Of a DNA stretch of 64,000 nt, positions 1 through 11,060 are shown piece after piece (the stretch's first letter is position 1; each line of letters starts with the position of its first letter). Under the pieces are notes generated by a model that had not been told where the DNA came from, ran no database searches, and saw only the letters and a program-made list of their open reading frames with translations. The position numbers and the translations under genes are program-made. This stretch comes from an uncultured delta proteobacterium. GTDB lineage: Bacteria; Desulfobacterota; Binatia; HRBIN30; BPIQ01. The stretch covers positions 608,001 to 672,000 of the forward strand of contig CAVXGR010000012.1 in assembly GCA_963761335.1 (NCBI GenBank). Reading direction: 5' to 3'.

Positions 1-1130
<1,130 letters not shown>

Positions 1131-1269
1131 GGGATGTCCCCTTTCGTTGAACTCTTCACGCCTGTATCGACAGCAACGCCACGGGCGCACGGCACACAGT
1201 CGTCCCTCATGAATAATACACCAGTCGCATCATGGTCAAGGACGTCGTCTTTGGCGCCGCCGACGGCCG

Positions 1270-1554
1270 TCACTCCCCCTCGTCGAACAGCCGGTCGATG
1301 AGGTCGCCGATGGCGTCGACGGCGGCATGCGCTTGCGGCCCTTCGGCGCACACCTCGATGCGCTCCCCCTTCCCCGCGGCCAGCATCAGGAGGCCGATGA
1401 TGCTCTTGCCATTGACGATCTGTCCGTCCTTGCCGATGGTGATCTCGGCGTCGAAGGTCTTGGCCATGTTGACCAGCTGCGTCGCCGCACGGGCGTGCAT
1501 ACCGCGCTGGTTCTTGATCTCGAAGCAGCGGCGGATCGAGGACGACTCGTCCAT
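1270..1554 (-). CDS. ptsH: HPr-family phosphocarrier protein
   Basis: GMHARAA (His15 motif) and GKSIIGLLML (Ser46 motif); 94 aa from ATG 1554. Confidence 0.93.
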   Translation of the reverse strand: MDESSSIRRCFEIKNQRGMHARAATQLVNMAKTFDAEITIGKDGQIVNGKSIIGLLMLAAGKGERIEVCAEGPQAHAAVDAIGDLIDRLFDEGE

Positions 1555-1556
1555 GC

Positions 1557-2423
1557 TCAACGTCCCAGATCCCGGTGGCGCACCTGGGCCTGCACCCCCT
1601 TCTCGCGCAGCTGCTCGGCCAGACGCTCGACCAGCGCCACCGAGCGGTGCCGGCCGCCGGTGCATCCCATGGCGACGGTGAGGTAGGTCTTTCCCTCGCG
1701 CTGATAGAGCGGCAGCGCAAAGTCGAGAAAGCCGCCGACGCGCTCGAGGAACTCGGCGGCCTCGGCGCGGGCGAGGACGAAGTCGGCGACCAGCGGATCG
1801 AGCCCGTTGCGGTCGCGAAGGCCGCTGACGAAGTACGGATTGGTGAGGAAACGGGCGTCGAAGGCCAGGTCGGCGTCGGCGGGAATGCCGTACTTGTATC
1901 CGAACGAGACCAGAAACACGGCCAGGCGCCCCTCGCGCGGGCTGGTGCCGAAGACGCGGATCAGCTCCTGGCGCAGCTCGTGAACGGTGAGGGCGCTGGT
2001 GTCGAGAACGCGGCTGGCGCGCTCGCGCAGGCCCTGGAGCTTGTCGCGCTCGCGGGCGATGCCCTCCTTGGGGCCGCCGTCGCCGGCGAGCGGATGCGGT
2101 CGCCGCGTCTCGCTGAAGCGGCGCACCAGCACCTCGTCGGAGGCGTCGAGGAAGAGCACCTCGAGGCGATGCCCCTGCTCGTGCAAACGGTCGAGAACGC
2201 GCTCGTAGTCGCGCAGGAACTCGCGCTCGCGGAGATCGACGCCGAGGGCCACGCGCCCCATGGTCTCCGTCGACTGCCGGCAGAGCTCGAGGAAGCGCGG
2301 GATGAGCACCACCGGCAGATTGTCGATGCAGTAGAAGCCGAGGTCCTCGAGCACGCGGATCGCCGTGCTCTTCCCGGAGCCGGAGAGGCCGGTGACCACG
2401 ACCACGGCGAGGGAGGGGTTCAC
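1557..2423 (-). CDS. rapZ: RNase adapter RapZ (P-loop nucleotide-binding protein)
   Basis: TGLSGSGKS, DLGFYCIDNLP, SFGYKYG and GCTGGRHRSV motifs. Confidence 0.95.
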   Translation of the reverse strand: MNPSLAVVVVTGLSGSGKSTAIRVLEDLGFYCIDNLPVVLIPRFLELCRQSTETMGRVALGVDLREREFLRDYERVLDRLHEQGHRLEVLFLDASDEVLVRRFSETRRPHPLAGDGGPKEGIARERDKLQGLRERASRVLDTSALTVHELRQELIRVFGTSPREGRLAVFLVSFGYKYGIPADADLAFDARFLTNPYFVSGLRDRNGLDPLVADFVLARAEAAEFLERVGGFLDFALPLYQREGKTYLTVAMGCTGGRHRSVALVERLAEQLREKGVQAQVRHRDLGR

Positions 2424-3391
2424 GCCACCGTCCCCCCTCGCGCCCGGATGCGGCGGTCGACCTGGGCCGTGAACTCGCGCGCCGCGAAGTGGCCGCGGGA
2501 CTTGAGAACCTGGTTGCGCACCGCCACCTCGATGAGGATTCCGAGGTTGCGCCCCGGGCTCACCGGCAGGCGCACGAACGGCACCGCCACGTGCAGCAGG
2601 TTGTAGCGCTGCTCGTCGACGCCCAGCTGCTCCGGGACCGTGTCCGGCTCGCTGATGATCAGCTCGACGGCCATGTCGATGGTGTGCTCGTCGAGGGTGG
2701 CGAGGGCGCCGAAGAGCTCGCCGACGTTGATGATGCCGAGGCCGCGCACCTCCATGTGGTGCTCGAGCGCGTCGGGGCAGCGGCCGCGCAGCGCCAGGGG
2801 GGACACCTCGGCCACCTCGACCACGTCGTCGGCGATCAGCTGATGGCCGCGGCTGATCAGCTCGAGAGCCGCCTCGCTCTTGCCCACGCCGCTCTTGCCG
2901 ACCAGCAGCACGCCGATACCGAAGACCTGCACCAGAACGCCGTGCACGGTGATGCGGGGCGCCAGCTTCTTCTCCAGCCAGCTGGTGACGGCGCGGATGA
3001 GAACGCCGCTGTTCAGCGCCGTGCGCAGCAGCGGCACGCGGGCGCGGTCGGCGACCTCCTGCAGCGGCGGCGGCACCTCGGCGCCGTTGGTGACGATGAA
3101 GCAGGCGATGTGGGTGCGGCAGATGCGCTCCAGAGAGCGGCGGGCCACCGCCGGCGCCCGCGAGCTCAGATAGGCCAGCTCGGGGTTGCCGATCACCTGG
3201 ATGCGGTCGGGGTGCAGCTGGTGCACGTAGCCGGCCAGCGCCAGGCCCGGCTTCTGCACGCGCGGCACCTTGACGGTGCGGCCGATGCCGGCGCGGCCGC
3301 CGATCAGCTCGAGCCCCCAGGCGGCACCCTGCTCGCGCAGCAGCTCGCGGATAGCCACGCCGGCGGGCTTCTGTGGGTCAGAGCTTCTCAT
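2420..3391 (-). CDS. hprK: HPr(Ser) kinase/phosphorylase
   Basis: HGVLV..FGIGVLL.GKSGVGKSE, LIADD and EVRGLGII signatures. Confidence 0.95.
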   Translation of the reverse strand: MRSSDPQKPAGVAIRELLREQGAAWGLELIGGRAGIGRTVKVPRVQKPGLALAGYVHQLHPDRIQVIGNPELAYLSSRAPAVARRSLERICRTHIACFIVTNGAEVPPPLQEVADRARVPLLRTALNSGVLIRAVTSWLEKKLAPRITVHGVLVQVFGIGVLLVGKSGVGKSEAALELISRGHQLIADDVVEVAEVSPLALRGRCPDALEHHMEVRGLGIINVGELFGALATLDEHTIDMAVELIISEPDTVPEQLGVDEQRYNLLHVAVPFVRLPVSPGRNLGILIEVAVRNQVLKSRGHFAAREFTAQVDRRIRARGGTVA

Positions 3392-3839
3392 CTTCCTCGC
3401 GGATCAGCGAGTAGAGCCGGGTGCCGTCGTCGGCCTCCACCAGGCGGCGGCGAAAGTCGGCGTCCTTCAACAGCCGCGAGACCCGGGCCAGCGCCTTCAG
3501 GTGCAGTCCCGCGGAGTCCTCCGGGGCGACCAGCAGGAAGAACAGCTTCGTCGGCGCCCCGTCGAGGGAGTCGAAGTCGATCCCCCGGGGATGGCGGCCG
3601 AAGGCGCCGAGGACGGCGGCGAGGCCGGGCATCTTGCCGTGCGGGATGGCGATGCCGTCGCCGATCGCGGTGCTGCCGAGCTTCTCCCGCTCCCAGAGCA
3701 CCTGCAGCAGGCGGTCGCCGTCGATCTGCGGATGCGCAGTGGAGAGGTGCCCGGCGAGCTCGCGCAGCAGGCCCTCCTTGTCCTCGGCGGTGAGCTCGGG
3801 GATCACCAGCCGCTCGGGAAGAAAATCGGTAATCTTCAC
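3378..3839 (-). CDS. ptsN: PTS EIIA (Ntr/fructose-type) component
   Basis: EREKLGSTAIGDGIAIPHGK and HLKALARVSRLL; GTG start at 3839; lies in the rpoN cluster. Confidence 0.9.
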   Translation of the reverse strand: MKITDFLPERLVIPELTAEDKEGLLRELAGHLSTAHPQIDGDRLLQVLWEREKLGSTAIGDGIAIPHGKMPGLAAVLGAFGRHPRGIDFDSLDGAPTKLFFLLVAPEDSAGLHLKALARVSRLLKDADFRRRLVEADDGTRLYSLIREEDEKL

Positions 3840-3841
3840 GG

Positions 3842-4366
3842 CTACGACACCTCGGGTTCGATGAGGCCGAACTGCCCGTCCTTGCGGCGGTAGACGACGC
3901 TGAGCATCTCGTTGGCGGCATTCTGGAAGAGCAGAAACTCGTTCTTCAGCAGCTTCATCTGCATGACCGCCTCGTCGATCGACATCGGCTTGATGGCCAC
4001 GCGCTCGGTCCACACCACGTCGCCGCTCGGCGTATCGACGCGGATCTCCTCGCCGGTCTCGCCGGCGCGACCCTGATGCTTGCGGCTGTTGCGCTTGGTG
4101 ACCAGCTTGCGCGCCTGGCGCTCGATCTTGTCCATCGCCAGATCGATGGCCGAGTAGAGGTCGCCCGTCTCCTCGGTCGCCGTCAGCGTCGAGCGCGGCG
4201 CCTGCAGGGTCACCTCGGCGATGTGCCGGCGCTTGACGACCGACAGCACCACGTGCGCGTCGCTCGGCCGCTTGAGAAACTTCTGCACCCGCCGCACCTT
4301 CTGTTCTGCATACTCCCGCAGCGCATTGGTCGGCTCGACGTGCCGGAAGGTCACTAGAACCTGCAT
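3842..4366 (-). CDS. hpf: Long ribosome hibernation promoting factor (HPF/RaiA)
   Basis: DLYSAIDLAMDKIERQ N-domain plus KPMSIDEAVMQM...VVYRRKDG C-domain. Confidence 0.93.
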   Translation of the reverse strand: MQVLVTFRHVEPTNALREYAEQKVRRVQKFLKRPSDAHVVLSVVKRRHIAEVTLQAPRSTLTATEETGDLYSAIDLAMDKIERQARKLVTKRNSRKHQGRAGETGEEIRVDTPSGDVVWTERVAIKPMSIDEAVMQMKLLKNEFLLFQNAANEMLSVVYRRKDGQFGLIEPEVS

Positions 4367-4404
4367 AGTCGCCCCCTGGTTCGGTAAGTTGATCGGTGGC
4401 CCGC

Positions 4405-5886
4405 TCAGAACGCCTGGCGCCGCTTCGACGACGGCAGAATGCCCATCATCTCGCGGTACTTCGCCACCGTGCGGCGCGCGATGTCGACGTTCTCCTTGGC
4501 CAGCATCTCGGCGATCTGCTGATCGCTCAGCGGCCGCTTGTGGTCCTCGGCGCCGATGATCTCGCGGATCCTCTCCTTCACGCTCTCCGCCGACACGTCG
4601 TCGGTGCCGTCGCCGGCGCGCAGGCTCGAGGTGAAGAAGTACTTCAGCTCGAAGATCCCCTGGGGCGTGTGCACGTACTTGTTGGCGGTGGCGCGGCTGA
4701 CGGTGGACTCGTGCATGCCGATGTCCATGGCGACGTCCTTGAGCACCATCGGCTTCAGGGCCGAGACGCCGTGATCGAGAAAATCCCGCTGGAACTTCAC
4801 GATGCTGGCGGTGACCAGGTAGAGGGTGCGCTGCCGTTGCTGAATGCTCTTGATCAGCCAGGCGGCGGCGCGCATCTTCTCCTGGATGTAGCGCTTGGCC
4901 TCGCTCGTCCCCTCGCTGCCGAGCACCTGCCGGTAGAAGTGGCTCACCCGCAGCCGCGGCAGCCCTTCCTCGTTGAGGACGATGACGTACTCATCGCCGA
5001 TCTTGTGCACCTGCACGTCCGGGGTGATGTAGCGAACGTCCCCCTCGCCGAAGTTGCGCCCCGGCTTGGGCTCCAGGGCGGCGATCTCGTTGGCGGCGTT
5101 GACCACCTCCTCGAGGGTGACGCCGAGATCGCGGGAGAGCTTGTCGTAGCGCTTGCCCTCCAGGAGATCGAGATGGTCGGCGACGATGCGCGCCGGCAGG
5201 GCATCGCCGAGGCTCTCGGCGCGCAGCTGCAGGAGCAGGCACTCGCGCAGGTCGCGGGCGCCGACGCCCGGCGGATCGAGGCTCTGGATGCGCTTCAGCG
5301 CCGACTCCACCACCTCGATGTCCTGGCCGCTCTCGAAGGCGATGTCCTCGATCGCCAGCTGCAGATAGCCGTTCTTGTCCATGTTGCCGATGATGATTGC
5401 CGCCACCGATTCCTCGAGCGGGTCGAGATCGGCCATGCGCAGCTGCCAGATGAGGTGCTCGGTCAGCGACTGGCTGCGCACCAGCGAGTTCTCCATCGCC
5501 GAGTGCTTCTCTTCGTCGTAATCCGATTGCGTGCCGCTGGCCGAGTGCCAGTCGTTGCTGTAGTTCTCCAGGTACTCCTTCCAGTCGATCTCGCGCAGGC
5601 CGTTGTCGGGGGTGAGCTCGCTGGTGGTCTCCGAGACCTCGGGCGCGGCCAGGTCATCCCCGGACTTGGTTTCGGTGGTGTACTGCTCGTCGGTGCGGCT
5701 CTTCTCTTCCTCGACCTCCGGCTCGGAGACGATCTCCTCGAGGACCGGGTTCTCGGTCATCTCCTGATCGATGAGCTGCTCGAGCTCAGCGCGCGACACC
5801 TGCAGGATCTTGATCGCCTGCCGCAGCTGCGGCGTCATCACCAGCTGCTGGCTCAGTTTCTGATAGAGTTTGGTTTCCAGTGCCAT
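4405..5886 (-). CDS. rpoN: RNA polymerase sigma-54 factor
   Basis: MTPQLRQAIKILQ, HESTVSRAT and RpoN box ARRTVAKYRE. Confidence 0.98.
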   Translation of the reverse strand: MALETKLYQKLSQQLVMTPQLRQAIKILQVSRAELEQLIDQEMTENPVLEEIVSEPEVEEEKSRTDEQYTTETKSGDDLAAPEVSETTSELTPDNGLREIDWKEYLENYSNDWHSASGTQSDYDEEKHSAMENSLVRSQSLTEHLIWQLRMADLDPLEESVAAIIIGNMDKNGYLQLAIEDIAFESGQDIEVVESALKRIQSLDPPGVGARDLRECLLLQLRAESLGDALPARIVADHLDLLEGKRYDKLSRDLGVTLEEVVNAANEIAALEPKPGRNFGEGDVRYITPDVQVHKIGDEYVIVLNEEGLPRLRVSHFYRQVLGSEGTSEAKRYIQEKMRAAAWLIKSIQQRQRTLYLVTASIVKFQRDFLDHGVSALKPMVLKDVAMDIGMHESTVSRATANKYVHTPQGIFELKYFFTSSLRAGDGTDDVSAESVKERIREIIGAEDHKRPLSDQQIAEMLAKENVDIARRTVAKYREMMGILPSSKRRQAF

Positions 5887-5892
5887 ATCGAC

Positions 5893-6621
5893 TCAGAGGC
5901 TGAAGCGCTCCCCCAGATAGAGCTCGCGCGCCTGACGGCTCGCGGCGATCTTCGCCGGGTCCCCTTCCTCGAGGATGACCCCGGCGTTCAGAATATAGGC
6001 TCGGTCGCAAATGCCAAGGGTTTCGCGCACGTTGTGGTCGGTGATCAGCACGCCGATACCGCGGTCGCGCAGCTGCGCCACGATGTTCTGGATGTCGAGC
6101 ACGGCAATGGGATCGATACCTGCGAACGGCTCGTCGAGCAACATGAACTGCGGCGCGGTCACCAGGGCGCGGGTGATCTCGACGCGCCGCCGCTCGCCGC
6201 CGGAGAGGGAATAGGCCTTGGTCTTGGCGAGATGCGCGATGCCGAGATCCTCGAGCAGGCCGGCCAGCCGCTCGCTGCGCTCCTCGGTGGCCAGCGGCAG
6301 CGTCTCCAGTATCGCCAGGACGTTCTCCTCGACGCTCAGCTTGCGGAACACCGAGGGCTCCTGCGGCAGGTAGCTGATGCCCTTGCGGGCGCGCAGGTAC
6401 ATGGGGTCGCCGGTGACCTCGGCGCCGTTCAGCAGAACCCGGCCCTCGTCCGGGCGGATCAGGCCGACGATGGAGTAGAACGTCGTGGTCTTGCCGGCGC
6501 CGTTGGGCCCGAGCAATCCGACCACCTCGCCGGAGCGCACCTCGATGCTGACCTCGCGGAGGATCTCGCGGCCGCCGAGCCGTTTGCAGATGCGATCGGC
6601 ACGCAGCAGGCTCTTACTCAC
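5893..6621 (-). CDS. lptB: LPS export ABC transporter ATP-binding protein
   Basis: GPNGAGKTT, YLPQEPSVFRKL, LSGGERRR, DEPFAGIDP, TDHNVRETL; GTG start at 6621. Confidence 0.96.
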   Translation of the reverse strand: MSKSLLRADRICKRLGGREILREVSIEVRSGEVVGLLGPNGAGKTTTFYSIVGLIRPDEGRVLLNGAEVTGDPMYLRARKGISYLPQEPSVFRKLSVEENVLAILETLPLATEERSERLAGLLEDLGIAHLAKTKAYSLSGGERRRVEITRALVTAPQFMLLDEPFAGIDPIAVLDIQNIVAQLRDRGIGVLITDHNVRETLGICDRAYILNAGVILEEGDPAKIAASRQARELYLGERFSL

Positions 6622-7201
6622 CGGGCGCTCCCTGCCCCTTGCCGCGGAGCTCGTCGCTGTTGGGATAGAGCACCGCCTCGACCGGATGGTCGCCGCCTTC
6701 GATGACGCTGCGCTCCTCGTCGAGATAGACGACCACCTTCTCGCCGGAGATGCGGTTGGGACCGTCGATGAGGACGGCGTTGTCGGTGAGCTGCACGGTG
6801 CGATCGCGCTCGTCGAAGACGGCTTTGCCGCCGCTCGCCGAACGCGTGCCCTTGGTGATGGTGACGTCGCCCTCGGCGCGAATCTGCTGCAGCTTGCTGG
6901 CATTGGCATCCGCCAGGGTGACCACCAGCTTGTCGCTCTTCAAGGTCAGATCGCCCTGCGTCACCACCACGCCCCCGGTGTAGGTGAGCACGCCGTCGCG
7001 ATAGCTGAACTCGACCGTCTTGGCGCGAATCGAGATCGGGTCGTGGCGGTTGCCGAGCGAGAAGTTGCCGAGCAGCGGCTCGGTGGCCTTCTTGCCGTCG
7101 ACGGCGGCACGCGCCTGCTGGGCCGGGAGGGCCGGCGGCAGCGACAGCACCCCGGCCAGCAAGAGGACGGCGCGCAGGCCTTCACGAGCTCTGACCCGCA
7201 C
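6614..7201 (-). CDS. lptA: LptA/OstA-family periplasmic LPS transport protein
   Basis: Signal peptide, beta-jellyroll pattern YTGGVVVTQGDLTLKSDKL; sits between lptC and lptB. Confidence 0.85.
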   Translation of the reverse strand: MRVRAREGLRAVLLLAGVLSLPPALPAQQARAAVDGKKATEPLLGNFSLGNRHDPISIRAKTVEFSYRDGVLTYTGGVVVTQGDLTLKSDKLVVTLADANASKLQQIRAEGDVTITKGTRSASGGKAVFDERDRTVQLTDNAVLIDGPNRISGEKVVVYLDEERSVIEGGDHPVEAVLYPNSDELRGKGQGAPGE

Positions 7202-7778
7202 CCTCTGCCTCTTGGGGTCGGAAGTCCATCTGCACGTTCTTCAGCAAGCGCAGCGTCTGCTCGGCGACGTCCACCTCCATCGAGCCGCCCACGGCGTCGA
7301 TGCTCTTGCCGGTGATCTGCACCTGGCCGGGCGCCTCGATGCGATCGCTGCGGCGGTCGTAGCGGGCGTAATCGGTGCGCACCGTGTAGTCGGCCAGGGT
7401 CACCTCGATCGAGCCGGACAGCTCCACCGAGTCCAGATCCTTGCCGTCGAGGGACACGGTGCCCTCGTCCCCTTTCAGACCGACGCTGCGGCCGTCGTCG
7501 AGATAGAGCCGCACCATCGGCTGACGCACCACCACGCGCCGCTCCGCCTCGAAGTAGCGCGCCTCCGCCGCGGCGATCTCCCATACCTTATGGCCGTCTC
7601 GCACCTCGACCCGGTGAAAGTCCTCGATGCGCTGGGCCACGCCCGGAAGGAGATCCAGTGCCTGCCGCGCCAGCGTCGCCTTCCCCTGCTGCCACATCAC
7701 TCGTCCAACCATTATACCCATCCCCAACAGCAGGCCCACCACAGCGAGCATGACCGCAATACGCAACCGTGACTTCAT
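7182..7778 (-). CDS. lptC: LPS export protein LptC
   Basis: N-terminal TM helix followed by a beta-rich periplasmic domain; first gene of lptCAB. Confidence 0.8.
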   Translation of the reverse strand: MKSRLRIAVMLAVVGLLLGMGIMVGRVMWQQGKATLARQALDLLPGVAQRIEDFHRVEVRDGHKVWEIAAAEARYFEAERRVVVRQPMVRLYLDDGRSVGLKGDEGTVSLDGKDLDSVELSGSIEVTLADYTVRTDYARYDRRSDRIEAPGQVQITGKSIDAVGGSMEVDVAEQTLRLLKNVQMDFRPQEAEGAGQSS

Positions 7779-7885
7779 TGGCGGAATTCATCTGCGGGCA
7801 GGCGCCCCGAGAGCAAGAACAATACCACCGCCCACGAACGGAGTAAAGATAACGTGCCGCGTCAATTCGCGAACCTGTTTTTTAG

Positions 7886-7915
7886 TTGCCCCCGGGTTGA
7901 AACGCATGGTATAGC
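7886..7915 (+). promoter_or_regulatory. Possible sigma70 promoter for the cold-shock gene
   Basis: TTGCCC-18 nt-TATAGC with a TG extension, about 140 nt upstream of the csp ATG (long leaders are typical of csp genes). Confidence 0.4.
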
Positions 7916-8054
7916 CGGCGCGGTTCAGAGGTGAAGTGTTAGACGGAAACGCAATGGTTTCGGCATGCATCCGAACTACATGCGGGTTCACAGCAACCTT
8001 CGTCGTCGACTTTCCCTCAACCAGACGTGGATTCCGTAAGGAGGGAGAGCAGCA

Positions 8055-8255
8055 ATGGCTCAAGGGACGGTAAAGTGGTTCAACGGCCAGAAGGGTTACG
8101 GCTTCATCACCAAGGATGACGGCCAGGATGTCTTCGTGCACTATACGGCGATCGTCGGCCAGGGCTTCCGCTCGCTGGAGGAGGGCCAGCGCGTGGAGTT
8201 CGAGATCACCGAGGGGCCGAAGGGCCTACAGGCAGCGAACGTCACCAAGATCTGA
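8055..8255 (+). CDS. Cold-shock protein (CspA family)
   Basis: GTVKWFN..KGYGFI and DVFVHY RNP motifs; strong AAGGAGG RBS. Confidence 0.97.
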   Translation: MAQGTVKWFNGQKGYGFITKDDGQDVFVHYTAIVGQGFRSLEEGQRVEFEITEGPKGLQAANVTKI

Positions 8256-8463
8256 TCGCGTGCCGATCGCTGCCCAGGCTCAAGCGGCAAGGCGGGTCGC
8301 CTCCGCGGCGGTCCGCTGAGATGCGTTCGAGCTTTCCGGGCAGACACTTTCCGATCTTGGGCGGCACGCCGTTGGCCGCCGCAGCACCGGCATTCTTGGG
8401 GGGAGTGCGCGGTCCGGGGGCAGTGCGCCCTCGGTGCCGCCGCGCCCCGCCGCTCCCGTGTCG

Positions 8464-9168
8464 ATGACCGTTCCTCCCCGTCTCGCCGCCTGGAGCGTCC
8501 ACCTCTACACCGCGCTCGGAGCGCCGCTCGCCATGCTGGCGATCGAGGCCATCTCGCGCGACCGCTATGCCACCGCCTTCTGGTGGATGGTGCTCGCCAC
8601 CTTCATCGACAGCACCGACGGCACCCTCGCCCGCCGCTTTCGCGTCAAGCAGGTGCTGCCCCACTTCGACGGGGCGCGCCTCGACGACATCGTCGACTAT
8701 CTCAACTACGTCGTCGTACCCCTCATTCTCGCCTACCACGTGGCACTGCTGCCGCGCAGCCCCTGGGGCCTCGCCATCGCCGCGGCGCCGCTGCTCGCCA
8801 GCGCCTACGGCTTCTGTCAGCTCGCCGCCAAGACCAGCGACCACTTCTTCACCGGCTTCCCCTCCTACTGGAACATCGTCGTCCTCTACCTCTACGTGTT
8901 CCGCTGGCCGCAGGCCGTCAACGTGGCCCTGCTCCTGGGCTTGTCGCTCTTCGTCTTCGTGCCCATCCGCTACCTCTACCCCAGCCGCAACCCGGTGGCC
9001 CGCAAGACCACCTATGTTCTCGGCGTCATCTGGGCGCTGATGGTCGTCGCCCTGGTGGCGCAGATCCCCCAGCCGTCGGTGCGCCTGGCGTCGCTGTCGC
9101 TGTTCTTCCCCGCCTACTACATCGGCGTGTCCCTCTGGCTGCACGCCGGCACGCCGCAGCAAGCGTAG
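8464..9168 (+). CDS. pcs: Phosphatidylcholine synthase-type CDP-alcohol phosphatidyltransferase
   Basis: AWSVHLYTA, DSTDGTLARR..VK.VLP.FDG..LDDIVDYLNY and FTGFPSYWN match the Pcs subfamily. Confidence 0.8.
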   Translation: MTVPPRLAAWSVHLYTALGAPLAMLAIEAISRDRYATAFWWMVLATFIDSTDGTLARRFRVKQVLPHFDGARLDDIVDYLNYVVVPLILAYHVALLPRSPWGLAIAAAPLLASAYGFCQLAAKTSDHFFTGFPSYWNIVVLYLYVFRWPQAVNVALLLGLSLFVFVPIRYLYPSRNPVARKTTYVLGVIWALMVVALVAQIPQPSVRLASLSLFFPAYYIGVSLWLHAGTPQQA

Positions 9169-9189
9169 CCCCGGGGCACCGCGGCTCCC

Positions 9190-10005
9190 TCAGTGAATCG
9201 GCGGCAGGTGACGGTTGGGGGTGGCCTTCGAGGGCTGGTAGTAGCGCTGCGCCTCCGGCAGCCAGGCGCGGATCTGCTCGCGGCGCGTGCCGTAGCTGGG
9301 ATGGGTGGAGAGAAACTCCGCCGGCTGCTGGCCCTTGCTCGCCGCCTCCATGCGGTCCCAGAGGCCGAGGGCCGCCTGCGGATCGTAGCCCGCCTTGGCC
9401 ATGAGGATCAGGCCGATGTGATCGGCCTCGGACTCCTGCTGGCGGTCGAAGGGGAGAATCACCCCGACCTGCGCCCCGAGCCCGAGCGCCTGCATGATGG
9501 CGTTGCGCGCCGTCGGGTTGTTGCCGCCGAGCGCCGCACCGAGGCCGGCGGCGCCGAGCTGCAGCAACACACCCTGGCTCATGCGCTCGGCGGCGTGGCG
9601 GGCCACGGCGTGGGCGATCTCGTGCCCGAGCACCGTCGCCATCCCCGCATCGGTCTCGGCGATCGGAAAGAGCCCGGTGTAGACCGCCGTCTTGCCCCCC
9701 GGCAGGGCGAAGGCGTTGACGGTGTCGTCGGCGCGCAGAACGGTGAACTCCCATTTGAAGTCCGGCTGCTCGGCCACCGCGGCGATGCGCTGGCCGATGC
9801 TGCGCACGGCACTGTTGAGTGCCGGGTCGCCGGCGACCTTTCCCTCCTTCAGAACCTGCTGATAGGCCTGCGCCCCGAGCTGCAGCATCTCGGGCTGGGA
9901 GATCAGCATCAGCTGACTGCGCTTGGTGAACGGCACGATGGCACATGCGCCGGCCAGCAAGAGGAAGGCGGCCAGGGCGAGAAGGTGACGGCTCGGCATC
10001 GGCAT
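9190..10005 (-). CDS. M48-family zinc metallopeptidase, probable lipoprotein
   Basis: NAFALPGG, HEIAH, ESEAD and FLSTHP motifs; lipobox-like AGAC. Confidence 0.9.
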   Translation of the reverse strand: MPMPSRHLLALAAFLLLAGACAIVPFTKRSQLMLISQPEMLQLGAQAYQQVLKEGKVAGDPALNSAVRSIGQRIAAVAEQPDFKWEFTVLRADDTVNAFALPGGKTAVYTGLFPIAETDAGMATVLGHEIAHAVARHAAERMSQGVLLQLGAAGLGAALGGNNPTARNAIMQALGLGAQVGVILPFDRQQESEADHIGLILMAKAGYDPQAALGLWDRMEAASKGQQPAEFLSTHPSYGTRREQIRAWLPEAQRYYQPSKATPNRHLPPIH

Positions 10006-10106
10006 GGGATCGATTGTACTCGACGGCGGGGCCGGCGTGAAGTTGCGGCGTTGCGCCCCGCACCCCTGTTGAGCTTCTGGCCGCCGCCCCTTATACGGTA
10101 GCAAAG

Positions 10107-11060
10107 ATGATCCTCGCCGAGCACCTCACCAAACGCTTCGGCCCCTTCACCGCAATCGACGACGTCTCCTTCAGTGTGAAGCGCGGCGAGGTGATGGGGT
10201 TTCTCGGCCCCAACGGCGCCGGCAAGAGCACCACGATGCGCATCCTCGCGGGCGTCTTCCCGCCGACCAGCGGCAGGGCGGTGGTCGCCGGCTACGACCT
10301 GAAGACGGACTCGCTGCGCGCCCGGCGCGTCGTCGGCTACTTCCCGGAGCGCGTCTCCCTCTATCTGGACCTCACGGTGCGCGAGTATCTGCGCTACGTC
10401 TGTCGCCTCAAGGAGGTGCCCGCCGCCGAGCGCCGGCGATCGATCGAGGCAGCGATGGCGTCCTGCGGCGTCGACAAGGTGGCCGGCCGGCTGGTCGGCA
10501 CGCTCTCCAAAGGCTACCGCCAGCGCGTCGGCATCGCCCAGGCAATCGTCGGCGATCCGCGCGTGCTCATCCTCGACGAGCCCACCTCCGGCCTCGACCC
10601 CGAGCAGGTGGCCGAGATCCGCACCCTCATCCGCCGCCTGCGCGGCGATCGCACGGTCATTCTCTCGACCCACATCCTCTCCGAGGTGGAAGCCACCTGC
10701 GACCGCGTCATCATCATCAACCAGGGACGGATTCTGGCGGTGGACACTCCGGAGAACCTCAACCAGCGCCTGCGGCACGCCTCGGAGGTCTACCTCGAGA
10801 TCGCCGGGCCGGAGCGGGAGGTCACGGCGCTGCTCACCGCCATGCCCGGCGTCGTCGACGTGCAGCGCGACGGCTCCGGCGACGGCGCCGTGCGCCTCAC
10901 CGTGTCGACCGCCCGAGGCATCGACCTGCGCGCCGAGATCGCCGCGGCGGTGACCGGCGCCGGCTGGGGGCTGCGCGAGCTGCGGCCGGTGACCCTCTCG
11001 CTCGAAACCATCTTCCTGACCCTCGTCTCTCGCGGCGACGACGCCGAGCGGAGCGCATGA
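10107..11060 (+). CDS. ABC transporter ATP-binding protein (GldA-like)
   Basis: GPNGAGKST, LSKGYRQR, LDEPTSGLDP, STHILSEV. Confidence 0.9.
   Translation: MILAEHLTKRFGPFTAIDDVSFSVKRGEVMGFLGPNGAGKSTTMRILAGVFPPTSGRAVVAGYDLKTDSLRARRVVGYFPERVSLYLDLTVREYLRYVCRLKEVPAAERRRSIEAAMASCGVDKVAGRLVGTLSKGYRQRVGIAQAIVGDPRVLILDEPTSGLDPEQVAEIRTLIRRLRGDRTVILSTHILSEVEATCDRVIIINQGRILAVDTPENLNQRLRHASEVYLEIAGPEREVTALLTAMPGVVDVQRDGSGDGAVRLTVSTARGIDLRAEIAAAVTGAGWGLRELRPVTLSLETIFLTLVSRGDDAERSA

Noticed and set aside
1131..1269. SAM riboswitch upstream of metK
   Set aside because: No SAM-I or SAM-II consensus recognisable by eye; only a weak promoter-like TTGACC/TATTAT with short spacing.
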